A stretch of 64,000 nt of DNA from Alphaproteobacteria bacterium (GTDB lineage Bacteria > Pseudomonadota > Alphaproteobacteria > UBA828). Positions 12,333 to 21,451 of the stretch are shown here, piece after piece. The DNA is taken from the NCBI GenBank assembly GCA_965214705.1, contig OZ243972.1:1024001-1088000 (forward strand), in the 5' to 3' direction. Within the stretch, counting starts at the first letter, position 1. Each line of letters starts with the position of its first letter. The notes under the pieces are model-generated. The model was not told the origin of the DNA, ran no database searches, and saw only the letters and a list, made by a program, of their open reading frames with translations. The position numbers and the translations under genes are program-made.

Positions 12333-13268
12333 CTACGATCGCTGCGGCGTGTCGAAACCGGTCTCCTTGGCCCGGACCAGTGCCGAGACGAGCGTGTTGT
12401 AGGGCGCTTCCAGCCCGAGCGCCAGAGCCTCCGGCGGGATCGCGCCGTTGATCGCGTCGATCTCCGAACGTCGGCCGGCCATGTGGTCCAGCAGCATCGA
12501 GGGGCGGGCGCCGGGAATCTTGGCGCCGAAGTCATGCACGTACGCGACCGGGTCGTCGAAATCGAGGCGGATGCCCTTGGCGCGGGCGACCCGATAGGCC
12601 TCCGCCGCACAACCGGAGGCGATGGGCCAAGCGTCGGCATCCGCCATGATCTCGCCCACGGTGAGCCCCGTGAGTGTCGCCGTGCCGCTGTAGCAGACGT
12701 TGCAGATGAGCTTCTCCCAGACGAGCTGGTCGATATTGTCGAAGCACTTGACCCTGAAGCCAGACTCCCGCCAGAGCGCGGCGATACGCTCCAGCCGGGG
12801 TGTCACTGCGCCGTGTGCTTCGCCGAGCCGCACCAGCTCCATGCCGTTGTGGTGGGCGTGGCCCGGCGCCACGATCGAGGCGCCGAAGCCCCCGACCACG
12901 CCGACGATCACGCGCTGCTCGCCCAGGATGCGGGCGACCTTCGCGGCGCTGCCGAGGCCGTTCTGAATGGTCAGCACCGGGGTCTCGGGGTCGAGCAGGG
13001 CGCGGGCGCCGTTGGCGGCGGCTTCCACCTGTGGTGCCTTGGTCGCGATGATGACGAGATCGCAGTGGCCGACGGTCGCGGGGTCGCTGGTAGCACCCAG
13101 TGCCACCGTGCGGTCGCCACTCGCGCCCTCGAGCCGGAGTCCGTTGGCGACGATGGCGTCGACATGCGCCTGCCAGGTGTCGATCGCCCAGACCTCGTTG
13201 CCGGCATCGGCCATGAGCGCCGCGTAGACGCAGCCCATAGCGCCGGCACCGACAATTCCGATCTTCAT
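12333..13268 (-). CDS. panE: Ketopantoate reductase family protein (PanE/ApbA)
   Basis: GAGAMG Rossmann motif, QNGLG, WEKLICN, SMLLD and SEIDAING. Confidence 0.85.
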   Translation of the reverse strand: MKIGIVGAGAMGCVYAALMADAGNEVWAIDTWQAHVDAIVANGLRLEGASGDRTVALGATSDPATVGHCDLVIIATKAPQVEAAANGARALLDPETPVLTIQNGLGSAAKVARILGEQRVIVGVVGGFGASIVAPGHAHHNGMELVRLGEAHGAVTPRLERIAALWRESGFRVKCFDNIDQLVWEKLICNVCYSGTATLTGLTVGEIMADADAWPIASGCAAEAYRVARAKGIRLDFDDPVAYVHDFGAKIPGARPSMLLDHMAGRRSEIDAINGAIPPEALALGLEAPYNTLVSALVRAKETGFDTPQRS

Positions 13269-13309
13269 GACTCGATGCTCCGTTGGTTTCAGTTGCTGGC
13301 GGGAGCGCC

Positions 13310-14023
13310 CTACCGCGGGCCGATGCGCGCGCCGTGCTCTTCGCAGGACGCTTCGGCCAGCGTGACGAAAGGCTCGGTCACTTCGTCCGGCGCAGGCAGC
13401 TTGGCCGGGTCCTCGCCGGGATAGGCGCGGCGGCGGAGCTCCGTCGCCACCGGGCCAGGGTCGAGCAGGTTGACCCGGAGCGCGCTCCGCCGGGTCTCCG
13501 CCGCGTAGCAGCGCACCAGCGCCTCCAAGCCGGCCTTGCTCGCCGCATAGGGACCCCAGAAGGCGGGTGTGTCCTCAGCAGCGGCGGCGGAGACGAAGAT
13601 CGCCCGGCCCGCGGGCGAGGCCCGCAGCAGGGGATCGAGACTGCGGATCAGGCGCCAGTTGGCGCCGAGGTTGAGCCCGAGCGTCTGCTCCCAATCCTCG
13701 GGCGCGTAGTGTCCCACCGGGCTTAGCTGCCCCAATGTGCCGGCGTTGGCGACGAGGATGTCGAGGCGGCCGAAACGCTCGCCCAGAGCGCCGCCCAGCC
13801 GGTCGATCTGCTCGCCGTCGTGCAGGTCCATCGGCACCAGCGTCGCGGGCTCGCCTGCCGCGCGCTGCACCGCGTCATCCACCTCCTCCAACCCGCCCGT
13901 GGTGCGGGCGACGAGGATGAGCCGCGCGCCTTCGGCGGCGAAGCGGCGGGCGACGGCGGCCCCGATGCCGCGAGAGGCACCGGTCACGAGCGCGATCCGG
14001 CCTTCGAGACGCGGTGGCGCCAC
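13310..14023 (-). CDS. Short-chain dehydrogenase/reductase (YciK-like) downstream of purF
   Basis: VTGASRGIG, ANAG and YAASK. A GTG start at 14023 is inferred; the longer 710-aa ORF is an artefactual extension overlapping purF. Confidence 0.85.
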   Translation of the reverse strand: MAPPRLEGRIALVTGASRGIGAAVARRFAAEGARLILVARTTGGLEEVDDAVQRAAGEPATLVPMDLHDGEQIDRLGGALGERFGRLDILVANAGTLGQLSPVGHYAPEDWEQTLGLNLGANWRLIRSLDPLLRASPAGRAIFVSAAAAEDTPAFWGPYAASKAGLEALVRCYAAETRRSALRVNLLDPGPVATELRRRAYPGEDPAKLPAPDEVTEPFVTLAEASCEEHGARIGPR

Positions 14024-14031
14024 GATGCCGG

Positions 14032-15513
14032 CTAGCCCGATTCCGCGAGCAGAGAGAGCTGCGCCGGCGGCTCGCCAACCTGTTGATCCGAAAGCGGGAT
14101 CGGATAGTCGCCGGAGAAGCAGGCGTCGCAATAGCGCGGCCGTGCCGGATCGCGCCCCGGCTCGCCCATGGCCCGGTAGAGACCGTCGATGGTGAGGAAG
14201 GCGAGGCTGTCGACCCCGATGGAGCGCGCCATGGCGTCCACGTCGTGACGGGCGGCCAGCAGCTTCTCGCGCGCCGGCGTATCGACGCCGTAGAAGCAGG
14301 AATGGGCGGTGGGTGGGCTCGCGATGCGCATGTGGACCGCCGCAGCGCCTGCCGAGCGCACCATCTCCACGATCTTGGTGGAGGTGGTGCCCCGCACGAT
14401 GCTGTCGTCGACCAGCACCACCCGCCTGCCTTCGAGGACGTGGCGGTTGGCGTTGTGCTTGAGCTTGACGCCAAGGTGCCTGATCTGATCGGTGGGCTCG
14501 ATGAAGGTGCGCCCGACGTAGTGGTTGCGAATGATGCCGAGCTCGAAGGGCAGGCCGCTTCGCGTGGCGTAGCCGATCGCCGCCGGCACGCCGGAGTCGG
14601 GCACCGGCACCACCACGTCCGCCGGCGCCGGCGCCTCTCGGGCGAGCTCGGCGCCAATGCGTTGCCTCGCCTCGTAGACCCCGATCCCTTCGGAGACGCT
14701 GTCGGGCCGCGCGAAGTAGATGTACTCGAAGATGCAGAAGCGCTGCGCGGTGGAGCGGAACGGCTTGATGCTCTCGACGCCGGCCTCCGAGATGATGACC
14801 AGCTCTCCGGGCTCGATATCGCGCACGAACTGGGCGCCGATGATGTCGAACGCCACCGTCTCCGACGCCAAAATCATCGCGCCGTCGAGCTGGCCCAGGA
14901 CCAGCGGACGTACGCCGTAGGGGTCGCGGACGCCGATCATGGCGTCCTTGGTGAGGGCCACCAGGGAATACGCGCCGCGCACCCGGCCCAGCGCCTCGAT
15001 CATGCGCTCGACCACGCGCTCGCGGCGGCTGATGGCGATCAGGTGGACGATCACCTCGGTGTCGGAGGTGGACTGGAAGATGCAGCCGCGCGAGACGAGA
15101 TCGCCGCGGAGCGAAAGCGCGTTGGTGAGGTTGCCGTTGTGCGCGATGCTGAGCCCGCCGAAGGCGAGGTCGGCGAAAAGCGGCTGGATGTTGCGTACCT
15201 CCGGCGCGCCCTGGGTGGAGTACCGGTTGTGGCCGATGGCGGCGTGGCCCTCCAGCGCGTCGATCACCTCGCCCGAAGAGAAGATATCGCCGACCCGCCC
15301 GAGCGCCCGGTGCGAATGGAAGAGCGTGCCGTCTGTGCTGACGATGCCGGCGGATTCCTGCCCCCGGTGCTGCAGCGCGTGCAGGCCGAGCGCCGCGTGG
15401 GCCGCCGCGTCGGGGTGACCGAAGATGCCGAAGACCCCGCATTCCTCGCGCAGCTTGTCGTCGTCGGGCGCGACACCCACGGCCGCGTCGCCCGTCCAGG
15501 CTGCCGCCATCAC
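14032..15513 (-). CDS. purF: Amidophosphoribosyltransferase
   Basis: EECGVFG, LQHRGQE, GHNRYST, HNGNL, VDDSIVRGTT and CFYGVD. Confidence 0.97.
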   Translation of the reverse strand: MMAAAWTGDAAVGVAPDDDKLREECGVFGIFGHPDAAAHAALGLHALQHRGQESAGIVSTDGTLFHSHRALGRVGDIFSSGEVIDALEGHAAIGHNRYSTQGAPEVRNIQPLFADLAFGGLSIAHNGNLTNALSLRGDLVSRGCIFQSTSDTEVIVHLIAISRRERVVERMIEALGRVRGAYSLVALTKDAMIGVRDPYGVRPLVLGQLDGAMILASETVAFDIIGAQFVRDIEPGELVIISEAGVESIKPFRSTAQRFCIFEYIYFARPDSVSEGIGVYEARQRIGAELAREAPAPADVVVPVPDSGVPAAIGYATRSGLPFELGIIRNHYVGRTFIEPTDQIRHLGVKLKHNANRHVLEGRRVVLVDDSIVRGTTSTKIVEMVRSAGAAAVHMRIASPPTAHSCFYGVDTPAREKLLAARHDVDAMARSIGVDSLAFLTIDGLYRAMGEPGRDPARPRYCDACFSGDYPIPLSDQQVGEPPAQLSLLAESG

Positions 15514-16172
15514 TCGACGCTTTCGCTCAAGCCGTCGAGCTGGTTCCGCTCGCGGTCGCTGTAGCCGGTCTCGCCGTCCTCTTCGCTTCGCTCGGCAGGC
15601 ACGGGCTCGGTCAGCTCCTTCACGCTTCGCTCCCGGCCATCTTCGAAAGTCTCCTCGATGTGCCGAGTGCCTTCCTCGGCGACCTCCTCCGGGACCACCT
15701 CCTGCAACGCGGCGACGCCCTGCTTGATATACGGCAAGGTTCTGGCCTCGTCGACCCAGGGCGGCCAGTCGCTTTGCGGCACCACAGAGCCGAACAGCAT
15801 GTAGGCGATGCAGACCAGAGCCGCACCGCGCAGTATGCCGAAGATGAAGCCGAGAGTGCGGTCCAGCGCCCCGCCGCGGCTCCGCTGGATGCGGCCGGAG
15901 ATGATCTGGTTGATGATCGTGAGGATCACCAGCACGACGACGAAGACCGCAACGCCCGCGACCACGTCGGCGATCAGCATGGAGTCCGGGATCAGGTCGC
16001 GGGCGATGGGCCTAGTGTGAGGAAAGGCGAAGAAGGTCGCGACGCCCGCGCCAACCCAGGCCCCGATGCCGAGAATCTCCCGCGCGGCCCCTCGCCCGAA
16101 GGCGAGCAGCGCCGAGAGGACAATGATCAGCGCCACCAGGATGTCGATCAGATTGACCGGCAGGTCTTCCAT
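15510..16172 (-). CDS. cvpA: CvpA family membrane protein
   Basis: TM helices and DRTLGFIFGILRG, in the conserved radA-cvpA-purF position. ATG at 16172. Confidence 0.9.
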   Translation of the reverse strand: MEDLPVNLIDILVALIIVLSALLAFGRGAAREILGIGAWVGAGVATFFAFPHTRPIARDLIPDSMLIADVVAGVAVFVVVLVILTIINQIISGRIQRSRGGALDRTLGFIFGILRGAALVCIAYMLFGSVVPQSDWPPWVDEARTLPYIKQGVAALQEVVPEEVAEEGTRHIEETFEDGRERSVKELTEPVPAERSEEDGETGYSDRERNQLDGLSESVE

Positions 16173-16185
16173 TCTGCCTCGATGG

Positions 16186-17574
16186 TCAGGGCGCGCGCCC
16201 GGCCTCCGGGGGAAAGAGCGCCACCAGGTCGTGCACATGGGTGAGCCGCCGCACCGCGATCCCCTGACCCTCCGCCTCGCTGCCCTGGGCGCGGTCCGGC
16301 ACCGGCGCAAGCGCATGGGTGAAGCCGAGCTTGGCGGCCTCCTTGAGCCTGGCCTCGCCCTGGCTCACCGGCCGAATCTCGCCGCCGAGCCCGACCTCGC
16401 CGAAGATGACGGCGCCGTGGTCGAGCGCCCGGCCCGCCGCGGACGAGGCGAGCGCGGCCGCGACCGCAAGATCGGCCGCGGGCTCGGTGATGCGCAAGCC
16501 GCCGGCGACGTTGAGATAGACGTCGCAGACGCTGAGCCGAAGGCCCGCACGGGCCTCCAGCACCGCGAGCACCATGGCGAGCCGGCCGGCATCCCAACCC
16601 ACCACGGTGCGCCGCGGCGAGCCTGCCGGCCCCGGCGCCACCAGTGCCTGAATCTCGACCAGCACCGGCCGCGAGCCCTCGACCCCGGCAAAGACCGCAG
16701 CACCGGGCACCGGGCCCCGTTCGGGATCGACGAACAGGCTGGAAGGGTTGGGAATTTCCATGAGCCCGCGGTCGGTCATCTCGAACACGCCGATCTCGTC
16801 GGTCGGCCCGAAGCGGTTCTTGATGGCACGCACGATGCGGAACTGGTGGCCGCGCTCGCCCTCGAAGTAGAGCACGCAGTCGACCATGTGCTCGAGCACG
16901 CGGGGGCCCGCGATTTGGCCCTCCTTGGTGACGTGGCCGACGAGCACCAGGACAGTGCCGGTGCGCTTGGCAACGCGGATCAGCTCCTGGGCGGAGCCCC
17001 GCACCTGGGCGACCGTCCCCGGTGCCGAATCCAGGTTGTCGAGGTACATGGTCTGGATCGAATCGATCACCACCATGTCGGGCGGCGACCCCTCCTCCAG
17101 GCTTGTCACGATATCGCGCACGTCGATGGCCGCCGCCAGCCCGATCGGCGCGCCAGCGAGGCCGAGCCGGGCGGCGCGCATGCGGATCTGCTCCAGGCCC
17201 TCTTCACCCGAGATGTAGGCGGCGGGACTGCCACCGCCGGTCAGCGCGGCCGCGACTTGCAGGAGCAAGGTGGACTTGCCGATACCCGGATCGCCGGCGA
17301 GCAGGACGGCTGAGCCCGGCACGAAGCCGCCGCCCACGACCCGGTCGATCTCTCCGATGCCGCAGGGCCGCCGGGTGAGCACGCCGCCCGGCCCGTCGAG
17401 GGGCTGAAAATCGATTACGCGGCCCTTGCCGCCGCCGAGGCCGCGCGGCGGTGCCTCGCGCGGCACTTCCTCCGAGAGGCTGTTCCACGCGCCGCAGGCG
17501 TCGCAACGGCCGGCCCAGCGCGACCGCGCAGCGCCGCAGTCGCTGCAGACGAAGCGCTTTTCTGCCTTCGCCAC
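16186..17574 (-). CDS. radA: DNA repair protein RadA/Sms
   Basis: CxxC...CxxC zinc finger, GDPGIGKST, KNRFG and Lon-like C-terminus. Confidence 0.97.
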   Translation of the reverse strand: MAKAEKRFVCSDCGAARSRWAGRCDACGAWNSLSEEVPREAPPRGLGGGKGRVIDFQPLDGPGGVLTRRPCGIGEIDRVVGGGFVPGSAVLLAGDPGIGKSTLLLQVAAALTGGGSPAAYISGEEGLEQIRMRAARLGLAGAPIGLAAAIDVRDIVTSLEEGSPPDMVVIDSIQTMYLDNLDSAPGTVAQVRGSAQELIRVAKRTGTVLVLVGHVTKEGQIAGPRVLEHMVDCVLYFEGERGHQFRIVRAIKNRFGPTDEIGVFEMTDRGLMEIPNPSSLFVDPERGPVPGAAVFAGVEGSRPVLVEIQALVAPGPAGSPRRTVVGWDAGRLAMVLAVLEARAGLRLSVCDVYLNVAGGLRITEPAADLAVAAALASSAAGRALDHGAVIFGEVGLGGEIRPVSQGEARLKEAAKLGFTHALAPVPDRAQGSEAEGQGIAVRRLTHVHDLVALFPPEAGRAP

Positions 17575-17616
17575 CGGTTCTCTCAGCGGGACCGCGGTGC
17601 GGGCGCCGCGCGCCGT

Positions 17617-18432
17617 TCAGCCGGCCGCGGCATGGGCGACCGCAAGCTGGATCGGGCCCTCAGCCCGGCCGTTGATGAACTGCTCCACATGCGCGTTCCC
17701 GCAGCTGTCGATCTCGGCGGCGGGTCCCTGCCAAACGATCGCACCGTCGTGGATCATGGCGATCCGGTCGGCGATCTTGCGCGCGCTCCTCATGTCGTGG
17801 GTGATGGTGAGCGCGGTTGCGCCGAGCTCGTGCGTGCAGGTGACGATCAGGTCGTTGATGACATCGGCCATGATCGGGTCGAGCCCCGTCGTCGGCTCGT
17901 CGAAGAGGATGATCTCGGGCTTGGTGGCGATGGCGCGGGCGAGCCCCACCCGCTTGCGCATGCCGCCGGAGAGCGCGGCGGGGTAGAGTTCGGCCGAGGC
18001 CGCGTCGAGGCCCACCTGGGCCATAGTCTCTATGGCGAGCCCGCGCGCCTGCCTGCGAGGCATGCCCTGCGCCTGGATCAGGCCAAAGGCGACGTTCTCC
18101 CACACCGACAGGCTGTCGAAGAGTGCTGCGTTCTGAAACAGCATGCCGATCTTGCGCATGGCGGCCTCGCGGGCCGTGCGATTGCGGGAAAGCTCCTCGC
18201 CGTCGACGGTCACGCTGCCGGCGTCGGGGCGGAGCAGGCCGAGCAGGCACTTGAGCATGACCGACTTGCCGACGCCCGAGCAGCCGATCACCACGACGGA
18301 CTCCCCGGTGCCGATCTCGAGGTCGAGGCCGTCGAGCACCACCGCCCCGCCGAACGCCTTGCAGAGACCGCGCAGGGCGATCTTGGGCTGGTTCGCGCCC
18401 GGGCCGGTGCGGTCGTTCGCGGGCGCACTCAT
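17617..18432 (-). CDS. mlaF: ABC transporter ATP-binding protein, MlaF/Ttg2A family
   Basis: GCSGVGKS, LSGGMRKRV and DEPTTGLDPI; adjacent to mlaE. Confidence 0.88.
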   Translation of the reverse strand: MSAPANDRTGPGANQPKIALRGLCKAFGGAVVLDGLDLEIGTGESVVVIGCSGVGKSVMLKCLLGLLRPDAGSVTVDGEELSRNRTAREAAMRKIGMLFQNAALFDSLSVWENVAFGLIQAQGMPRRQARGLAIETMAQVGLDAASAELYPAALSGGMRKRVGLARAIATKPEIILFDEPTTGLDPIMADVINDLIVTCTHELGATALTITHDMRSARKIADRIAMIHDGAIVWQGPAAEIDSCGNAHVEQFINGRAEGPIQLAVAHAAAG

Positions 18433-19208
18433 TGGGCGAAGAACGCTTCGGTGATGATGTAGTTGAAGATCAGCACCAGGATCGCGCCGGTGACCACGGC
18501 GTTGGTGGTGGCCTTGCCCACCCCCTGAGCGCCACCCCTGGAGTGGAAGCCGTGGTAGCAGCCCATCAGCGCGATCAGGTAGCCGAAGACGGCAGCTTTG
18601 ACGAGGCCGGAGGCCACGTCCATGACCTCCAGATATTCGAGGGTGTTGTTGATATAGGCGTCCGGGTTGAAGCCGAGCTTGAAGACGCTGACCAGATAGC
18701 CGCCGCCGACGCCGATGATGTCGGTAACGAGAACGAGGAAGGGCAGCATGAGTAAGCCGGCGAGCAGGCGCGGCACGATCAGGTATTTGTGCGGGTTGGT
18801 CGAGAGCGTGGTGAGCGCGTCGATCTGCTCAGTGACCCGCATGGTGCCGATTTCCGCCGCCATCGCGGCGCCGACCCGGCCGGCGACCATGAGGCCCGCC
18901 AGCACCGGCCCGAGCTCGCGGGTGATCGAGAGCACGACGACGGTGGGGATCGTGCTCTCGGCGGAGAAGCGGGAAAACCCGGTGTAGCTCTGCAGCGCCA
19001 GCACCATGCCGGCGAAGAGGCCGGTGAGCCCCACCACCGGCAGGGAATAGAAGCCGATCTCCACCATCTGGCGCAGAAGCAGGCGCGGGTAGAAGGGCGG
19101 CCTCGCGCAGTGAGAGGTCGCTTCGAGCGCGAAGAGGGAGAGGCGCCCGACAGCCTCGAACAGCGCCAGGACGCCATGGCCGATCGCCTGTAGCGGAGGT
19201 CTCTTCAC
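18429..19208 (-). CDS. mlaE: ABC transporter permease, MlaE family
   Basis: RELGPVLAGLMVAGRVGAAMAAEIGTMRVTEQIDAL and GVGKATT. A GTG start near 19208 is inferred. Confidence 0.9.
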   Translation of the reverse strand: MKRPPLQAIGHGVLALFEAVGRLSLFALEATSHCARPPFYPRLLLRQMVEIGFYSLPVVGLTGLFAGMVLALQSYTGFSRFSAESTIPTVVVLSITRELGPVLAGLMVAGRVGAAMAAEIGTMRVTEQIDALTTLSTNPHKYLIVPRLLAGLLMLPFLVLVTDIIGVGGGYLVSVFKLGFNPDAYINNTLEYLEVMDVASGLVKAAVFGYLIALMGCYHGFHSRGGAQGVGKATTNAVVTGAILVLIFNYIITEAFFAQ

Positions 19209-19412
19209 GCAGCGTTCCCGTCGATGACGCCTCCGGGCCGACCCGCCCAGGCCACGACTCGGCGCCAAGCGCGCGGGACTCTAGCCCGGATTTCTCGCCA
19301 CGGTCACGGCCCGCGTCCCATTCAGGCGTTCGACCCGCGATGCGCGGCCCGATCCGCGCCTCACGGCCCCAAATTCAAGGCCTGAGATGTCGCGGATAGG
19401 CGAAAGGTCGGG

Positions 19413-20300
19413 TCAGCGGTCCGCGAGGAAGGCCAGAATCTCCCGCGCCGTTGCTTCCGGCGCCTCCTCGGGCAGGAAGTGACCGCAGTCGAGCGCTTGG
19501 CCCTGCACGTCCTCCGCTCGCTCACGCCAGCTCTCCAGCATGCTGAGCCCCTTGCCGGTCTGCCAGCCGGGGCGCTTGGGCATGGTGCCGGCCCAGAGCA
19601 CCAGCATCGGGCAGGCGATCTTGCGGCCCCGGTCCGCCTCGTCGTGAACCAGGTCCAGCGCGATGGCGCGGTAGTCCATGCACATGCAATGGAGAGTCTC
19701 GGGGTCGCTGAAGCAGCGGAGATAGTCGGCATAAGCCTCGGGCGCGATGGCACCGTCAGCGGCGGTCCACTGGTCCAGCAGGAAGTCGAGGAAGAGCTGC
19801 GCGCTATTGCCGATCAGCGTTTCGGGAAACGGCGCTGGCTGACGCATCAGGTGCCAGTGGAACCATGAGAACGCCAGATCGCGGTCCATGTTCTCGAAGG
19901 CCGCCTGGGAGGCCACCACGTCGAGCGAGGTGAAGGTACGCACCCGCTCCGGGTGGTCGAGCGCCATGCGATGGCCGACGCGGGCGCCGCGATCGTGCCC
20001 CACCACGTGGAAGCGATCGAAGCCCAGAGCCCCCATGACCTCGACCTGATCCTGCGCCGAGGCGCGCTTGGAGTGGTCGTTGAAGTCGTCCGACGCCGGC
20101 TTGCCGCTGTCGCCGTAGCCGCGCAGGTCGGGCGCCACCACCGTGTGGTGCTCGGCGAATATCGGCGCCACTTTGTGCCACATCAGGTGATTCTGCGGAT
20201 AACCGTGGAGCAGCAGAAGCGGCGGACCCTCGCCCCCCTTCACGAGATTGATCGTGATGGACGAGGTCTCGACCTGGGTCTTGGTGAAGCCGTCGAACAT
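19413..20300 (-). CDS. Alpha/beta hydrolase, fluoroacetate (haloacetate) dehalogenase-like
   Basis: LHGYPQ, GHDRGARV (Asp nucleophile plus two Arg), FHW, DYRA and CGHFLPEE. Confidence 0.8.
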   Translation of the reverse strand: MFDGFTKTQVETSSITINLVKGGEGPPLLLLHGYPQNHLMWHKVAPIFAEHHTVVAPDLRGYGDSGKPASDDFNDHSKRASAQDQVEVMGALGFDRFHVVGHDRGARVGHRMALDHPERVRTFTSLDVVASQAAFENMDRDLAFSWFHWHLMRQPAPFPETLIGNSAQLFLDFLLDQWTAADGAIAPEAYADYLRCFSDPETLHCMCMDYRAIALDLVHDEADRGRKIACPMLVLWAGTMPKRPGWQTGKGLSMLESWRERAEDVQGQALDCGHFLPEEAPEATAREILAFLADR

Positions 20301-20485
20301 GCTTGGCTCATTCGTCGAATGACAACACGCGCCGCCGTCTGCCGCAGCAGCATAGCAGTTATGCCGAGCTGGGGGGGTTCGACCACGCCGTGGCCGGACA
20401 CATATCGGAATCAGGACTGGTGTGCGGCGGATCGGGTATCGGCCGCCGCAACACCTTTGACACTCCGGAAACAGGAGGTGAGGAC

Positions 20486-20671
20486 ATGGTTCTTACACCC
20501 ATCACCCGAGCGGTCCGGAAGTGGCGGGAGCGCAGCCGTGCGCGGCGGGAGCTCCAGCGCCTGACCGATCTCGAGCTTGCCGATATCGGGCTCAACCGGG
20601 GCGACATCGACGCGGTGGTGCGCGGCGATATCGTGCGGTCGCGACCGTCCGGCTTCTATAAGGTTCGGTAA
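20486..20671 (+). CDS. Small arginine-rich DUF1127 (YjiS-like) protein
   Basis: W..R.R.RRELQRLTD.EL.DIGL.R.DI pattern; AGGAGG upstream of the ATG at 20486. Confidence 0.9.
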   Translation: MVLTPITRAVRKWRERSRARRELQRLTDLELADIGLNRGDIDAVVRGDIVRSRPSGFYKVR

Positions 20672-20800
20672 TAAGGGAGGCGGGGCCGGCCTGCGGGTCG
20701 GCCTCGCCACCCCGCCTGACTCCGGGTTGATCTGACCCAATACAGGGAGGAATGAGATGGGTCCCTTGAAGCAGGGGTGAATGTCCTGAAGCGGGACACG
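20672..20800 (-). ncRNA. Candidate small RNA with anti-Shine-Dalgarno loop (SuhB/MmgR-like)
   Basis: On the minus strand: two GCTTCA-loop hairpins, then GACCCA-[TCTCATTCCTCCCTGTAT]-TGGGTC, then a GC-rich 3' stem. Boundaries are approximate. Confidence 0.35.
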
Positions 20801-20841
20801 CCGTTGCCGCTGCGCCTGCGCTGTGGCAATGTCGCGCCCGC

Positions 20842-20913
20842 GCCGCCGTAGCTCAGGGGTAGAGCACTCCCTTGGTAAGGGAGGGGTCGGAAGTTCAATT
20901 CTTCCCGGCGGCA
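20842..20913 (+). tRNA. tRNA-Thr (GGT); CCA not encoded (ends ...GGCA CCG)
   Basis: Acceptor stem GCCGCCG/CGGCGGC, D arm GCTC..GAGC, anticodon arm CTCCC-TTGGTAA-GGGAG and T loop GTTCAAT. Confidence 0.96.
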
Positions 20914-20953
20914 CCGGCGCCCCCGTCGGACGCGACAAAACTCCCGGCTGCGC

Positions 20954-20983
20954 TTCCCGCCATAGGTCCACCTCGCCTATAAT
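20954..20983 (+). promoter_or_regulatory. Candidate promoter for the hpf-pts operon
   Basis: Perfect TATAAT at 20978-20983, 30 nt before the hpf ATG. The -35 element is weak (TTCCCG, 18-nt spacer). Confidence 0.35.
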
Positions 20984-21013
20984 CGGCCCTGCAGCGAGAC
21001 TGCGGGGGTAGTC

Positions 21014-21370
21014 ATGCAGATCGCCATCACGGGCCGGCACGTCAGCGTCAACGAGAGCTTTCGGGACCAGGTTACGCAGCGCCTCGAATCGTCGGCGGGG
21101 AAGTTCTTCTCCACCGCCATCGATGCGCAGGCGGTGTTCGCCAAGGTGGCGCAGATGATCGAGACCGACCTTATGATCCATGTCGGTCACGGCATCAGGT
21201 TCCAGAGTCACGCGTCGGCCGCCGACATGACGGCGAGCTTCAGCATCGCCGCCGAGCGGTTGGAGAAGCGCATGCGGCGACACAAGCGCAAGCTTCGTGA
21301 CCATCACAAGACCCCGCGCAGCGGTAGGGCCGCAGACGTAGGCGAGCCTTCGCCGCAGCCGGCCGACTGA
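21014..21370 (+). CDS. hpf: Ribosome hibernation promoting factor (short form, S30AE N-domain only)
   Basis: MQIAITGRHV...AERLEKRMRRHKRKLRDH, located upstream of ptsN. Confidence 0.88.
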   Translation: MQIAITGRHVSVNESFRDQVTQRLESSAGKFFSTAIDAQAVFAKVAQMIETDLMIHVGHGIRFQSHASAADMTASFSIAAERLEKRMRRHKRKLRDHHKTPRSGRAADVGEPSPQPAD

Positions 21371-21451
21371 GCGGCGCTGCGGCCGGGTGCAGGCCGCCAC
21401 CAACTTCGAGCAAGCGCTGCCTCCAACGGCAATCAACAGAATGGCCGGGAA

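Noticed and set aside
13310-15442. Apparent 710-aa SDR fusion
   Set aside because: The N-terminal 470 aa are an alternate frame of purF; only 14023-13310 resembles an SDR.
20350-20364. Dyad GCATA-N5-TATGC between the dehalogenase and DUF1127 genes
   Set aside because: It could be a regulator site, but a single 5-bp dyad is too weak to call without comparative data.
20842-20960. tRNA-Thr as an integration site; missing CCA
   Set aside because: No integrase and no duplicated tRNA 3' end were seen in the window. A non-encoded CCA is common.
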